Assembly: GCA_036384915.1 (NCBI GenBank)
Contig: DASVLJ010000042.1
Location: 33,013-97,012 of the forward strand
Length of the DNA stretch: 64,000 nucleotides
Direction: 5' to 3'
DNA from: Burkholderiaceae bacterium
GTDB taxonomy: Bacteria > Pseudomonadota > Gammaproteobacteria > Burkholderiales > Burkholderiaceae_D
This document shows positions 47,781 through 57,802 of the stretch, piece by piece. The notes below the pieces were generated by a model. The model did not search any database, was not told the origin of the DNA, and saw only the letters and a list, made by a program, of their open reading frames with translations. The stretch's first letter is position 1, and every line of letters begins with the position of its first letter. Both the position numbers and the translations under genes were made by a program.

Positions 47781-49331
47781 ATGAGCACCAGCACCTCCCC
47801 AGCCCGCGTCCAGCATCGCGGCATGATCACGATTTCGATCATGCTGGCAACCATCATGCAGGCGCTTGACGGCACAATCGCCAACGTGGCTTTGCCGCAC
47901 ATGCAGGGCAGCCTGTCGGCTTCGCAAGACCAGATCACTTGGGTGCTGACTTCCTTCATCGTGGCCGCCGCCATTGCCACGCCATTGACCGGCTGGCTGT
48001 GCGACCGCTTCGGCCAAAAGAACGTGTTCCTTGCTTCGGTGCTCGGCTTCACCGTCGCCTCTGTCTTGTGCGGCGTCGCCGGTTCGCTGGCGCAGATCGT
48101 GATTGCCCGCCTGCTGCAAGGCGTGTTCGGCGCGGCGCTCGTGCCGCTGTCGCAAGCTGTGCTGCTCGACATCAACCCGCGCGAAAAGCATGGTTCGGCC
48201 ATGGCTGTTTGGGGCATGGGCGTGATGGTCGGGCCCATCCTCGGACCGACCCTGGGCGGCTGGCTGACCGACAGCTACAACTGGCGCTGGGTGTTCTTCA
48301 TCAACGTGCCGGTCGGCGCGATGGCGTTCTATGGCATCTGGAAGTTCATCAAACCGGAGCCGGCCGCGCGCCGCATGGATTTCGATATGTTCGGCTTCGC
48401 CACGCTCTCGCTGGCTATCGGCGCGCTGCAGATGCTCCTCGACCGCGGCGAACAGAATGACTGGTTCACGTCGCTCGAAACCTGGATCGAATTGATCGTG
48501 CTGGTGGTCAGCCTTGCCTATTTCGTGGCGCATACCATGTACACGCCAGCCCACAAGTCCTTTGTCGATTATCACTTGCTGAAGAATTCGAACTACGTCA
48601 CGGGCCTGCTGTTCATCTTCATCGTCGGCCTGGTGCTGTTCGCCACGCGCGCGCTCATGCCGACCATGCTGCAAAACCTGATGGGCTATTCGGCCAAGGA
48701 TACCGGCTTCGTCACGGCGCCTTCGGGCCTCGGCACCATGGTCGCGATGATGATAGTCGGGCGGCTGGTGGGCAAGGTCGATTTCCGCCTGCTGCTCGCA
48801 GTAGGTTTTGCCATCACGGCCTATTCCTTGTGGCAGATGGCCGGCTATGCGCTGGTGCTGCAGAAATCCAACATCGTCTGGCCCGGCGTGATCCAAGGCC
48901 TGGGCCTCGGCTTGGTGTTCGTGCCGCTTTCGGCCGCCACCTTCGCCACGCTGTCGCCCGAGATGCGTGCGCAGGGCACGGCCATATACAGCCTGATCCG
49001 CAACATCGGCAGCAGTATCGGCATCTCGCTGGTGCAGACGCTGCTGGTGCGCAACAGCGCCACCGCGCATGCTTCGCTGACCGAAAAGATCAATATCGCC
49101 AACCAAGGCTTGCTCGATCCTGCAATTTCCGCGGCGTATGGCCTGGGCAGCAATGTCGGCGCCGCCAGCCTGAATGGCGAAATCACGCGCCAGGCCACAA
49201 TGATCGGCTACCTCGACGACTTTCGCCTGATGCTTTTGCTGACCCTGGCCGTGATCCCGCTTCTGCTCGTGATCCGTCCGGCCAAGGCAACCAATGCCGC
49301 GCCGGCGGTCGATCATGCGGCCATGGAATAG
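47781..49331 (+). CDS. MFS DHA2-family drug efflux transporter (EmrB-like, 14 TM)
   Basis: GMITISIMLATIMQALDGTIANVALPHMQGSL is the EmrB/DHA2 N-terminal signature. Confidence 0.85.
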   Translation: MSTSTSPARVQHRGMITISIMLATIMQALDGTIANVALPHMQGSLSASQDQITWVLTSFIVAAAIATPLTGWLCDRFGQKNVFLASVLGFTVASVLCGVAGSLAQIVIARLLQGVFGAALVPLSQAVLLDINPREKHGSAMAVWGMGVMVGPILGPTLGGWLTDSYNWRWVFFINVPVGAMAFYGIWKFIKPEPAARRMDFDMFGFATLSLAIGALQMLLDRGEQNDWFTSLETWIELIVLVVSLAYFVAHTMYTPAHKSFVDYHLLKNSNYVTGLLFIFIVGLVLFATRALMPTMLQNLMGYSAKDTGFVTAPSGLGTMVAMMIVGRLVGKVDFRLLLAVGFAITAYSLWQMAGYALVLQKSNIVWPGVIQGLGLGLVFVPLSAATFATLSPEMRAQGTAIYSLIRNIGSSIGISLVQTLLVRNSATAHASLTEKINIANQGLLDPAISAAYGLGSNVGAASLNGEITRQATMIGYLDDFRLMLLLTLAVIPLLLVIRPAKATNAAPAVDHAAME

Positions 49332-49343
49332 AAAGCCCCTGTT

Positions 49344-50789
49344 ATGAAAAACACCCTCGCTCCCAAGATTCTGTCCTGCGCCCTGCTGCTCGCGCTCGGT
49401 GCATGCGCCAGCATGTCCGGCGCCGACAATGCATTGCCGCAACGCGATCTCGCCAGCGCGCAACTGGCGCAGAGTATCAAGCTGGCGCATGAAGGCTGGC
49501 CGCCAGCCCTATGGTGGACCCAATACGGCGATGCGCAATTGAATGCCTTGATCGCGCAAGCCTTGAAGGACAGCCCGAGCATGCAGGCGGCCGACGCGCG
49601 TTTCGCCACGGCGCGCGCTACGCTGCAATTAAACGCGGCCGACCAGGGCGCCAGGCTCGACGCCGATGCCGCCATCAATCGCCAACGCTATTCGGGCAAC
49701 GGTTTCTTCCCGCCGCCGATCGGCGGCGCCTGGTACACCGAGACCACGCCGCAACTGGTCGCGACCTACAGCGTCGATTGGTGGGGCAAGCACAAGGCCG
49801 CCATCGGTGCCGCGGTCGGAGAGGTCAACGCGCGGCTGGCGGAAAACGCCGCAGCGGAAGAAAACCTCGCGTCCGCCGTGGCGCAGACTTATTACACTAT
49901 CCAGGCCGATTGGGCGCGGCTGGACAACTTGAAACAGATGCAGGATTGGCAGCAGCAACTCGTGGCCGACAAGGCCAGGCGCGTCGCGCATGGCGTAGCC
50001 GCCTCCTCCGCCGAGCGCCAGGCCGAGATCGAGCTGGGTGCGACGAACCAGCAGGTGACGCGCCTGGAAACCGGGATTGCGCATGAACGCGAAGCCTTGC
50101 GCGCCTTGATCGGCGGCGATGCGCAGGCGCTGGGCGACCTGACGCCGCATGCCTTGCCGCAACCCGAACCGGCCCTGCCGGCGCAGTTGGGCGGCGACCT
50201 GCTCTCGCGCCGGCCCGATCTGCAGGCTGCGCGTTGGCGCGTCGAAGCCTCGCTTGACCGCATCGAGTCGGCCAAGGCTGCGTTCTACCCCGATATCGAC
50301 CTGACCGGCTTCGTCGGCAACGACGTGATCGCCTTCGAAGACTTGCTCAAGGCGCCGAGCCGCACCTTCTTCGTCGGCGCCACCTTCGAGCTGCCCTTGT
50401 TCGACAACGGCCGCTTGAATGCGAAGCTGGCCGGTGCGCGCAGCAAGCGCAACGAGGCGATTGCCGACTACAACGAAGCCGTGCTCGATGCCGTGCGCGA
50501 AGTGGCGCAGAGCGGCGTGGCGATCCAGGGTACGCAAAAGCTGATCGAAGAACAGAATGCCACGAGTGCGGCTACCAGGGCTCTGCTCAAGGGCGCGCAA
50601 TCGCGCTATCGGCAGGGCTTGGCCGACCAGGCCGCGCTGCTGTCGGCGCAACTCGGTGTGGCGCGGTCGCGCGATGCGGAGCTGCAGCTGCAGGGCCAGC
50701 AAATCCAAAACGACATCGCCCTGGTGAGAGCCCTGGGCGGCGGCTACCTGGTGCCGTGGACCGATGCCGCCGCACTATCGACACAATAA
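49344..50789 (+). CDS. efflux outer membrane factor lipoprotein (NodT family)
   Basis: Lipobox LLALGACASM; OprM-like coiled-coil repeats. Confidence 0.85.
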   Translation: MKNTLAPKILSCALLLALGACASMSGADNALPQRDLASAQLAQSIKLAHEGWPPALWWTQYGDAQLNALIAQALKDSPSMQAADARFATARATLQLNAADQGARLDADAAINRQRYSGNGFFPPPIGGAWYTETTPQLVATYSVDWWGKHKAAIGAAVGEVNARLAENAAAEENLASAVAQTYYTIQADWARLDNLKQMQDWQQQLVADKARRVAHGVAASSAERQAEIELGATNQQVTRLETGIAHEREALRALIGGDAQALGDLTPHALPQPEPALPAQLGGDLLSRRPDLQAARWRVEASLDRIESAKAAFYPDIDLTGFVGNDVIAFEDLLKAPSRTFFVGATFELPLFDNGRLNAKLAGARSKRNEAIADYNEAVLDAVREVAQSGVAIQGTQKLIEEQNATSAATRALLKGAQSRYRQGLADQAALLSAQLGVARSRDAELQLQGQQIQNDIALVRALGGGYLVPWTDAAALSTQ

Positions 50790-50800
50790 AGAGAAACGCC

Positions 50801-51958
50801 ATGACCACCGAGAACCAAACCTACACCGACGGCAAAAAGCGACGCCATGTGCTGTTGGGCATGACTGCGCTGTTCGTCATCGCCGGCATTGCCTATGGCA
50901 TGTATTACGAAACCGTACTGACCCAGCGCGAGACCACCGACAATGCCTACGTCGGCGGCAACCTCATTACGCTGACTTCGCAAGTCTCGGGCAATGTGCA
51001 GGAAATCCGTGCCGACGAGACGCAGATGGTCAAGGCCGGCACCGAAGTGATCAAGCTCGATCCGCTCGATGCCGACTTGAGCCTGCGCCAGGCTGAATCC
51101 AAACTGGGCGCCACGGTGCGCCAGTTGCGCCAGCGTTACGCCGACGTGGCGCAATATGAAGCCGCAATTGCGCAGCGCAAGCTGGTGCTGCAGCAAGCCG
51201 AAGATGATCTGGCGCGTCGCGCGCCCTTGGCTGCCGACCATACGCTCTCGGCGGAAGAAGTGACGCATGCGCGCCAGGCCGTGGCCGAAGCCAAGGCCGC
51301 CCTGGCCGTCGCGCAATCGCAATGGGAGGCGGCGCGTTCGAGCATTTCCGGCGTCGATATCGTCAACCATCCGAGCGTGCAGGCGGCCAAGGCCGATTTC
51401 CTCGCCGCCTGGGTCGCGGCGCGCCGCAATGCCATCCTGGCGCCGGCATCGGGCTACGTGGCCAAGCGCAGCGTGCAGGTTGGCGCCCACATCGTGCCGG
51501 GCACGGCGCTGCTGTCCATCGTGCCGCTCGACCAATTGTGGATCGATGCCAATTTCAAGGAATCGGAATTGCAGAATCTGCGCATCGGCCAGCCGGTGAA
51601 GATCCAGGCTGACATCTATGGCGGCAAGGTCGAATACCACGGCAAGCTTGTTGGCCTCGCGGCCGGCACCGGCAGCGCGTTCTCGCTCCTGCCGGCGCAG
51701 AATGCCACGGGCAACTGGATCAAGATCGTGCAGCGCGTACCGGTGCGTATTGCGCTCGATCCCAAGGAATTGGTGGATCACCCGCTGCGCATCGGCTTGT
51801 CCACCGAAGTGACGGTCGATACCCACAACCGCGATGGCGCGGTGCTCGGGGCGCCGGCTTCGGCTGCGCCGGTTTATTCGACTGAGGCCTTGGGGCAGCC
51901 GGTGGCGGAGGCCGAAGCGATGGCGAAGAATATCATCGCCAAGAACCTGACGAAATGA
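50801..51958 (+). CDS. HlyD/EmrA-family periplasmic adaptor
   Basis: Single TM, long coiled coil, beta-barrel. Start set at MTTENQTY; the longer ORF would overlap the OMF. Confidence 0.8.
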   Translation: MTTENQTYTDGKKRRHVLLGMTALFVIAGIAYGMYYETVLTQRETTDNAYVGGNLITLTSQVSGNVQEIRADETQMVKAGTEVIKLDPLDADLSLRQAESKLGATVRQLRQRYADVAQYEAAIAQRKLVLQQAEDDLARRAPLAADHTLSAEEVTHARQAVAEAKAALAVAQSQWEAARSSISGVDIVNHPSVQAAKADFLAAWVAARRNAILAPASGYVAKRSVQVGAHIVPGTALLSIVPLDQLWIDANFKESELQNLRIGQPVKIQADIYGGKVEYHGKLVGLAAGTGSAFSLLPAQNATGNWIKIVQRVPVRIALDPKELVDHPLRIGLSTEVTVDTHNRDGAVLGAPASAAPVYSTEALGQPVAEAEAMAKNIIAKNLTK

Positions 51959-52025
51959 GTCAAGGATTCGTGGAAGGGTGGGTGAGCGTAGCGCTACGCT
52001 CGGGCGTAGCTATTGAGGCTTTTCA

Positions 52026-53441
52026 TCACCGTAAGCTGAGCGTCCCTTTTTTCCACTGCGGGTCTTGCCACTTGTAGAACACGCTTAAGGAACGCGGATC
52101 GGCGGCACGCTTCTCGGTTTCCATGCCTGCCAGATCGACCAGTTCGAAGCTGCGCTTGAAATGGCCTTCGCTGCGCACTTCACGCGCGGCCAGCATCTTG
52201 TTCGTGCCCGGCACCCAGCCGGCGAATTCGAGATAACCCAGGTCGGGGTTGTCGCCGGGCGGCAGGATGTCTATGGCCCAGCCTTGTCCGGTTTGGTGGA
52301 ACACCCAGAGTTCGCGCCAGGTATCGAGCGGCTGCACGGCCAGCGTGGCGGCGCTTTGTTGCGCATTGACGGTAAGCGACGCGGGCCAGACCAGGCCATA
52401 GGTGCAGCGTTTGGCCAGCGGGTTCTTCGCGTCATGCTTGGCGTCGGTCAGGCTGACGCAGGTTTGGCCGGTCTCGCCGGGGGCTGTCGTGACGGCCAAG
52501 CCCGCGCGCTGCACCGGTTGCGGTTCCATGGCCCAGCGCGAGGCGGCGGCGCGCACGGCGGCTTCGGTGTATTCATTATTGTCGGCTTCGGCCAACTCTT
52601 CCTTGTTGACCGCGGCCAGCTCAGCGATGGCACGGTTGGCTGCATCGGCGGCCGGCTGGTGCGCACGCGCCTTCTCAAACGCGATGCTGGACCAGACCGC
52701 GGCGCGGCGGATATGCAGGCGGTTCTTTTCATACTCGGGCAGGTCGGCCAGCTTGACGCGGTCCAGCGTCTCGGCGCGCCATTGATCAAGATTGTTGCGG
52801 TCGAGCGGGATCAGGTTCGGATCGACGCATTCGGCGCGCGTCAGGGCCAGCGCGGCGCGGACGCGTCGCTCCTCGTCCCCCGCTTCTTTTCCGGACATGG
52901 CCAGCACGCGGCGGAAGGCTTCCCCGTCGTAGCACAGTTGCATGCGGCCTTCGTGCTCGTAGCTTTGTATGCTCACGCCATAGCTCGCCACTACTTCGAG
53001 GTGGGCCGCGACAATGGCGTCGTCGCTCTTGGACAGCTTGCCCGAGGCGCGCCTGGCCAGCCGGTCGGCCATGGTGCCGAGCGCATCGAAGGTTTCGGGA
53101 CCGATGGCTTCGGCCGGCGCGGCCTTGAGATAGGCGGCGGTATAGGCGATGCCGAGCGATTCCGCGCCTGGCGTATCGCGCAGGAAGCGTACTACGGACA
53201 TCAGGCCCGGCGCGTCTTTGGCGTCGAGCGACTGTTCGCGCACTTGGCTGGCCAGGATATAGCCGGCGCGCTCGCGCCTGTGGTCATAGACCTGCAGGTA
53301 ACCCATGCGTTCGCCGCGCACTTCCAGCGTATCGCCCTGCCAGAGCACGGCTTGTTGTTGCGCGGAATCGCGCGGGGCGGCACGCAGGGCCGCGCTGTCT
53401 TGCGTGACAATGGCCACCATGGCGAGGGCGATCAGGCTCAT
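52026..53441 (-). CDS. hypothetical periplasmic protein (signal peptide), co-operonic with the SPFH protein
   Basis: 471 aa with N-terminal signal-like segment. Upstream SPFH gene stop overlaps by 4 nt. No family recognised. Confidence 0.5.
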   Translation of the reverse strand: MSLIALAMVAIVTQDSAALRAAPRDSAQQQAVLWQGDTLEVRGERMGYLQVYDHRRERAGYILASQVREQSLDAKDAPGLMSVVRFLRDTPGAESLGIAYTAAYLKAAPAEAIGPETFDALGTMADRLARRASGKLSKSDDAIVAAHLEVVASYGVSIQSYEHEGRMQLCYDGEAFRRVLAMSGKEAGDEERRVRAALALTRAECVDPNLIPLDRNNLDQWRAETLDRVKLADLPEYEKNRLHIRRAAVWSSIAFEKARAHQPAADAANRAIAELAAVNKEELAEADNNEYTEAAVRAAASRWAMEPQPVQRAGLAVTTAPGETGQTCVSLTDAKHDAKNPLAKRCTYGLVWPASLTVNAQQSAATLAVQPLDTWRELWVFHQTGQGWAIDILPPGDNPDLGYLEFAGWVPGTNKMLAAREVRSEGHFKRSFELVDLAGMETEKRAADPRSLSVFYKWQDPQWKKGTLSLR

Positions 53442-54706
53442 TGCTGTGCCTCCGGTGCGGCGTCCTGTTCATTGCTGCCGGCCGGCTTGGTGTTGCTCGC
53501 CTGCGCCGCGCCCAGCAGGGCGTTGCCGATGAAGCCGCCTGAAGTCGAGGGCGGCGCGATGATGACGGAAATCTTGTCCGACAACTTGTCGGCCATGGTC
53601 TTCTGGATCAGCAAGGGGTTCTTCGAGATCAAGGCGCCGTCGCGTTCGAGTTGGGCGCTGGCGATCTTGCCGACCGATTCCAGGCGATAGGCTTCGGCAT
53701 CGGCCAGCTTGCGGCGCGAATCGGCTTCGCCGGCCGCTTCGATACGGCGCGCTTCGGCATTGCCTTCAGCCGATTTCACGCGCGCCACCTTTTCGGCCTC
53801 GGCTTCGAACTGGCGCTGTTCGATCTGCTTTTGCTTGAACGGAAGCACGTGCTTCATCGCCTCTTCCTGCGCCTTGGCGGCAATGATCTGCTCGTTGCCG
53901 GCGGCTTCGGCGGCCTTCTCGCGCTTGACCTTGTCGGCTTCGGCTTCGAGCTCGGTTTCCTTGACTTGCTTGTCCTTGAGTTCGAGCGTGTATTTCATCT
54001 TTTCGGTTTGCAGTTCTTCGGTCAGCAGGTTTTCCATGCCGCGGCGGTATTCGGGCGGCAAATCGACCTGCCCCATGGTCACGCTTTTCAAGACTACGCC
54101 GTCGGCCGCGAGCTTGGGCTTCAGGTTGTCTTCGATTTCCTTCTGGATTTCGTTGCGCTTGGCCGAATAGATATCGCGTACCGAATAATGCGTGAAAGCC
54201 TGGTAGATGACGCCCTGCACTTCGGGCTCGATGATTTCACTGTCCAGATGTTCTGGCAGCTTCCTGGCAATCGTGCTTACTTTGGCCGGGTCGAGCGCAT
54301 AGCGCACGGTGACGTCGACGCCGAGCGACAAGCCTTCGACCGACTGGAACGGCGCCGGCCCGTCGGCCTTGACGTTTTGCACTGGGTGATAGACCTGGTC
54401 CAGCAGCGAATAGCGGCGTAGTTCGTGCAGGCCCGGCACCACCAAGGCCATGCCTTCGCGCAATTCGGTGATGTCGCCGGTGAGGCGGTTGGTGCGCACG
54501 CCGACTTCGGAGGGGGCCAGCGTCTGGAACGGCGGATGGGTATAAAGTTCATAGCCGCCGGCCACCACCACGCCGGCGCCGCTTAAGGGCAGCCAGAAGC
54601 GACGTACGAATTGGATGAGGGTACGGCTCAGGGCGGCCAGGACTTCGAAGAGCCTTTCGAACAGGCCGATCAAGCCGTGGAACAGGGAATCGATGAAGTC
54701 CGACAT
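53438..54706 (-). CDS. SPFH/band-7 domain protein (YqiK/flotillin-like) with coiled-coil C-terminus
   Basis: N-terminal TM, then SPFH core (VRTNRLTGDITELREGMALVVPG...) and an EA-rich coiled coil. Confidence 0.7.
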   Translation of the reverse strand: MSDFIDSLFHGLIGLFERLFEVLAALSRTLIQFVRRFWLPLSGAGVVVAGGYELYTHPPFQTLAPSEVGVRTNRLTGDITELREGMALVVPGLHELRRYSLLDQVYHPVQNVKADGPAPFQSVEGLSLGVDVTVRYALDPAKVSTIARKLPEHLDSEIIEPEVQGVIYQAFTHYSVRDIYSAKRNEIQKEIEDNLKPKLAADGVVLKSVTMGQVDLPPEYRRGMENLLTEELQTEKMKYTLELKDKQVKETELEAEADKVKREKAAEAAGNEQIIAAKAQEEAMKHVLPFKQKQIEQRQFEAEAEKVARVKSAEGNAEARRIEAAGEADSRRKLADAEAYRLESVGKIASAQLERDGALISKNPLLIQKTMADKLSDKISVIIAPPSTSGGFIGNALLGAAQASNTKPAGSNEQDAAPEAQQ

Positions 54707-54921
54707 AGTGTTTCCTCCTTATTGAAACGGGTTGTTGATTGGCGATGGAGGCATCTTGCGCCGCATGCGGGAGAAGCAACAATGCCGCGCCAGCCCGGCT
54801 TGCTTCATGGGGCGGGGGCATCCGGTTAGCCGTGTGAAGAAATCTTCACAGGCGGGTACGGACTTTTCGGAGACATTTCCGGTGAAAACGGTAATACTGT
54901 CGAAAAATCCCGGAGAGCACC

Positions 54922-55632
54922 ATGAGCAGCATGGCAAAGTCAGCAGGCAAAGTCGCCGTCATCGAAGACGACGTCCCCACCAGCAACCAGTTGCGCGGCT
55001 GGATCGAGTCGGCCAAGCCCGGCATCCAGGTCGACCAATGGCATACGCGCGACGATGCCGAGGCGGCCCTGGCGCGCGAGGACTACGATCTTGTCGTGCT
55101 CGATATCGAACTCGGGCGCGAGCGCCACGCGGGCGTTGCTATCATCAATGCCATCAACAAGAGCCGGCCCACGCCGGTGCTGGTGGTTTCGGCCATGCCG
55201 GCCACGATCTACCGCAGCATCATGAAGGCGCTCGATGCCTGGGATTACCTGCAAAAGGCCACCTTCGAGGAAAACGACTTCATCGATACCTTTCTCGAAA
55301 TCCTGCGCGCGGCCAAGGACAAGGGCAATGGCAAGGAAGCGGCCGCCAACGGCAACGACCTCTCGATCGACCCGCTGCGGCAAAAGACGCCGATGTGGCG
55401 CAACCAGCGCATCAACCTTCCGCTGACCGCGCAGCGCATCCTGATGGCGCTTTACGAACACAAGGGACAGGTCGTGACTTACGAACAGCTGTTCCAGGTG
55501 GTCAAGAGCGGACGCAACCGCGACAATATCCGCAAGCACGTTTCGACCATACGCGACGCCTTCCGCGAAGTCGATGCCGATTTCTCCTGCATCGAAAACA
55601 TACCGATGCGCGGCTTCCGCTGGACCGAATAA
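54922..55632 (+). CDS. two-component response regulator (receiver plus winged-helix DNA-binding)
   Basis: Receiver motifs VAVIEDD, LVVLDIELG (phospho-Asp), and a C-terminal OmpR-like domain (RNQRINLPLTAQRILMALYEHKGQVVTYEQL). Confidence 0.8.
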   Translation: MSSMAKSAGKVAVIEDDVPTSNQLRGWIESAKPGIQVDQWHTRDDAEAALAREDYDLVVLDIELGRERHAGVAIINAINKSRPTPVLVVSAMPATIYRSIMKALDAWDYLQKATFEENDFIDTFLEILRAAKDKGNGKEAAANGNDLSIDPLRQKTPMWRNQRINLPLTAQRILMALYEHKGQVVTYEQLFQVVKSGRNRDNIRKHVSTIRDAFREVDADFSCIENIPMRGFRWTE

Positions 55633-55635
55633 GGC

Positions 55636-57696
55636 GTGCGGTCCGTGGGTCTGCCCAATCTCAAGCAATTCCGCCTGCGCATCCTGTTCCGTGGCGCCTT
55701 CCTGCTGCTGGCGACGGCCACGGTCGGCCTTGCGCTCTACGTGCTGCAGCAGGAAAAGCAGCTCTCCTACAACAACTACCGCTACGGCTTGAAAAAGACC
55801 GGCGAGCAGATCGCCGCCACGCTGCGCCACCCCACGGGCCAGCTCGCCTTGCTCAATTTGAAGAACGAGAGCGAGGACGGGGCGCCTCTGCATCCTGTGC
55901 TGCTGCCCTATCCTTCGCTCGATTTCGACGACCAGAGCAAGGTGCAGCAAGCCATCACTATGTCGGGCTGCCTGGCGCAGTACGGCGATGCGGGCAGCCT
56001 GTGCGTGGCCATAGGCAACAGTCCCTGGGCCGGAGGCTTTATCTACGCCGCCGGCAATTTCTACAGCGGCGAACTGGTGCCGCATGCGCATGGCGAACAT
56101 GGCTTGAACCAGGCGCACCGCGTGCGTGTGACGGTAGCCATGCGCGGCGAAACCTATCGCTGGATTGCACCGTTCGAGCAGATCGGTGATGCGGCACACC
56201 AGGGGCGCGGCATGCATGGCCGCCTGACCGGCTTCGATCTCGACAGCGACGGCGACTTCGATCCGCGTCCGAACAAGGAATTCCGCGGCTGGGTCTGGCA
56301 AAACCCGCATTGCTTCAAGTCCGACCTCGATAATACCGATTGCGTGCGCAGCGCCTTCTTTTCGATGCGCCTGCCGATCCCGGCCTTCCAAAAGGAATTA
56401 ATGCAGATGCGCCGCCCGGTCTGGCCGCCGGCCGATCTGGACAGGATACGCGTGCACATCGAAGTGCTGCCGCCCGGTGAAGGAGGGGCTTTGTTCGACA
56501 GCGAAAGCGGCTCCGCCTCCCGGCCGTTTGCAATACACGACCTGGCCGCGCAATTGCTGCCCGGCGAAACGCTGCGCATCCGCAAGCCCAGCGAAGCCAG
56601 GGATTTGATCCGCCTCTCCGGCGCCGACAGCTCGCCCGATACCAGCTCGCGCATCCTGGCGCGCCTGATCCAGAAGCTGCCGCTGGACCACGATGGCGGC
56701 TTGAACGAAAGCACGCAAACCATTACCACCTCGTCGGGCGTGTATGAGTTGAAGCTTGCGGGCGACGTGCGCGGGGTCGACCGCGCCTTGGGCGTGGTGG
56801 CGGCGCGCGTGTCGTGGTTCGTCGGCGCCATGCTGCTGGCCTTGTTCGTGGCCTGGCTCATCATCGAGATCGGCATCATCCGCCGCATCGCGATCCTGAC
56901 CAAGCGCGCCTCCAACCTGTCGCAAGTGGTCAAAGGCTCGGGCGGACTGGAGCGTTTCGAATTGTCCGACCTGCGCGGCGGAGACGAACTCGGCATCCTG
57001 GCATCCTGCCTGCACGATTTGCTGCGCCGCGTGAAGGAGGACGTGGAGCGCGAAGAGATACGCGCCGAGCAGGAAAAGGAAATGTGGCATGCTGTCGGCC
57101 ATGAGATCATGTCGCCGCTGCAATCGCTGATGGCCTTGCACGCCGAAGGGCCGAGCAGCCGCTACATCAACCGCATGCAGCAGGCCATACGCGTGCTGTA
57201 CGGCAGCGCCTCGCCGTCGGAGGCGTTCCAGTCGACGGTACTGCAGGTGACCTCGGTCGAGCTCGATGCCTTCCTCAAGAACGTGGCCGACAACGCCCCT
57301 CTGGTCGGTATCGCCGACGTGCGTTTCACCAACGAGAGCGGGCAGGTGACGGTGCGCGCCGACGACTATTCGCTGGAAGACGTGGTGACCCATGTGCTGC
57401 GCAACGCCGAGCGCTTCCGCGTGGAAGGCACGGCCATCGAGATTGTGCTGCGCGCCAGCGAAACCGGCGCCGCCATCACGATTGCCAACCGCGGACCGAA
57501 TATTCCGGAAGACATGCTGGACAAGATCTTCGAATACGGCGTATCGGATCAGCACGACTCGGCCGCCGAGGGCAATCGCGGCCAGGGGCTGTTCGTGGCC
57601 AAGACCTATATGGCCAAGATGGGCGGCACGATCATCGCGCAAAACTTGCCCGACGGTGTGATGTTTACGCTGAGCTTGCAGCGCATGGTAGTTTGA
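55636..57696 (+). CDS. sensor histidine kinase (large periplasmic sensor, HisKA, HATPase_c)
   Basis: H-box HAVGHEIMSPLQSL. C-terminal N/G boxes (ITIANRGPNIPEDMLDKIFEYG; GQGLFVAKTYMAKMGG). Two TM segments. Confidence 0.8.
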   Translation: MRSVGLPNLKQFRLRILFRGAFLLLATATVGLALYVLQQEKQLSYNNYRYGLKKTGEQIAATLRHPTGQLALLNLKNESEDGAPLHPVLLPYPSLDFDDQSKVQQAITMSGCLAQYGDAGSLCVAIGNSPWAGGFIYAAGNFYSGELVPHAHGEHGLNQAHRVRVTVAMRGETYRWIAPFEQIGDAAHQGRGMHGRLTGFDLDSDGDFDPRPNKEFRGWVWQNPHCFKSDLDNTDCVRSAFFSMRLPIPAFQKELMQMRRPVWPPADLDRIRVHIEVLPPGEGGALFDSESGSASRPFAIHDLAAQLLPGETLRIRKPSEARDLIRLSGADSSPDTSSRILARLIQKLPLDHDGGLNESTQTITTSSGVYELKLAGDVRGVDRALGVVAARVSWFVGAMLLALFVAWLIIEIGIIRRIAILTKRASNLSQVVKGSGGLERFELSDLRGGDELGILASCLHDLLRRVKEDVEREEIRAEQEKEMWHAVGHEIMSPLQSLMALHAEGPSSRYINRMQQAIRVLYGSASPSEAFQSTVLQVTSVELDAFLKNVADNAPLVGIADVRFTNESGQVTVRADDYSLEDVVTHVLRNAERFRVEGTAIEIVLRASETGAAITIANRGPNIPEDMLDKIFEYGVSDQHDSAAEGNRGQGLFVAKTYMAKMGGTIIAQNLPDGVMFTLSLQRMVV

Positions 57697-57802
57697 CCCT
57701 TAATTTACCGTACGTTTGGAATGTTGCTTATCGGTATAATCAAAAGCAACGGCTCCATAGAAATGCGTTCAATGGGAGGGCCGGCACTACCAGAAAGATA
57801 AT

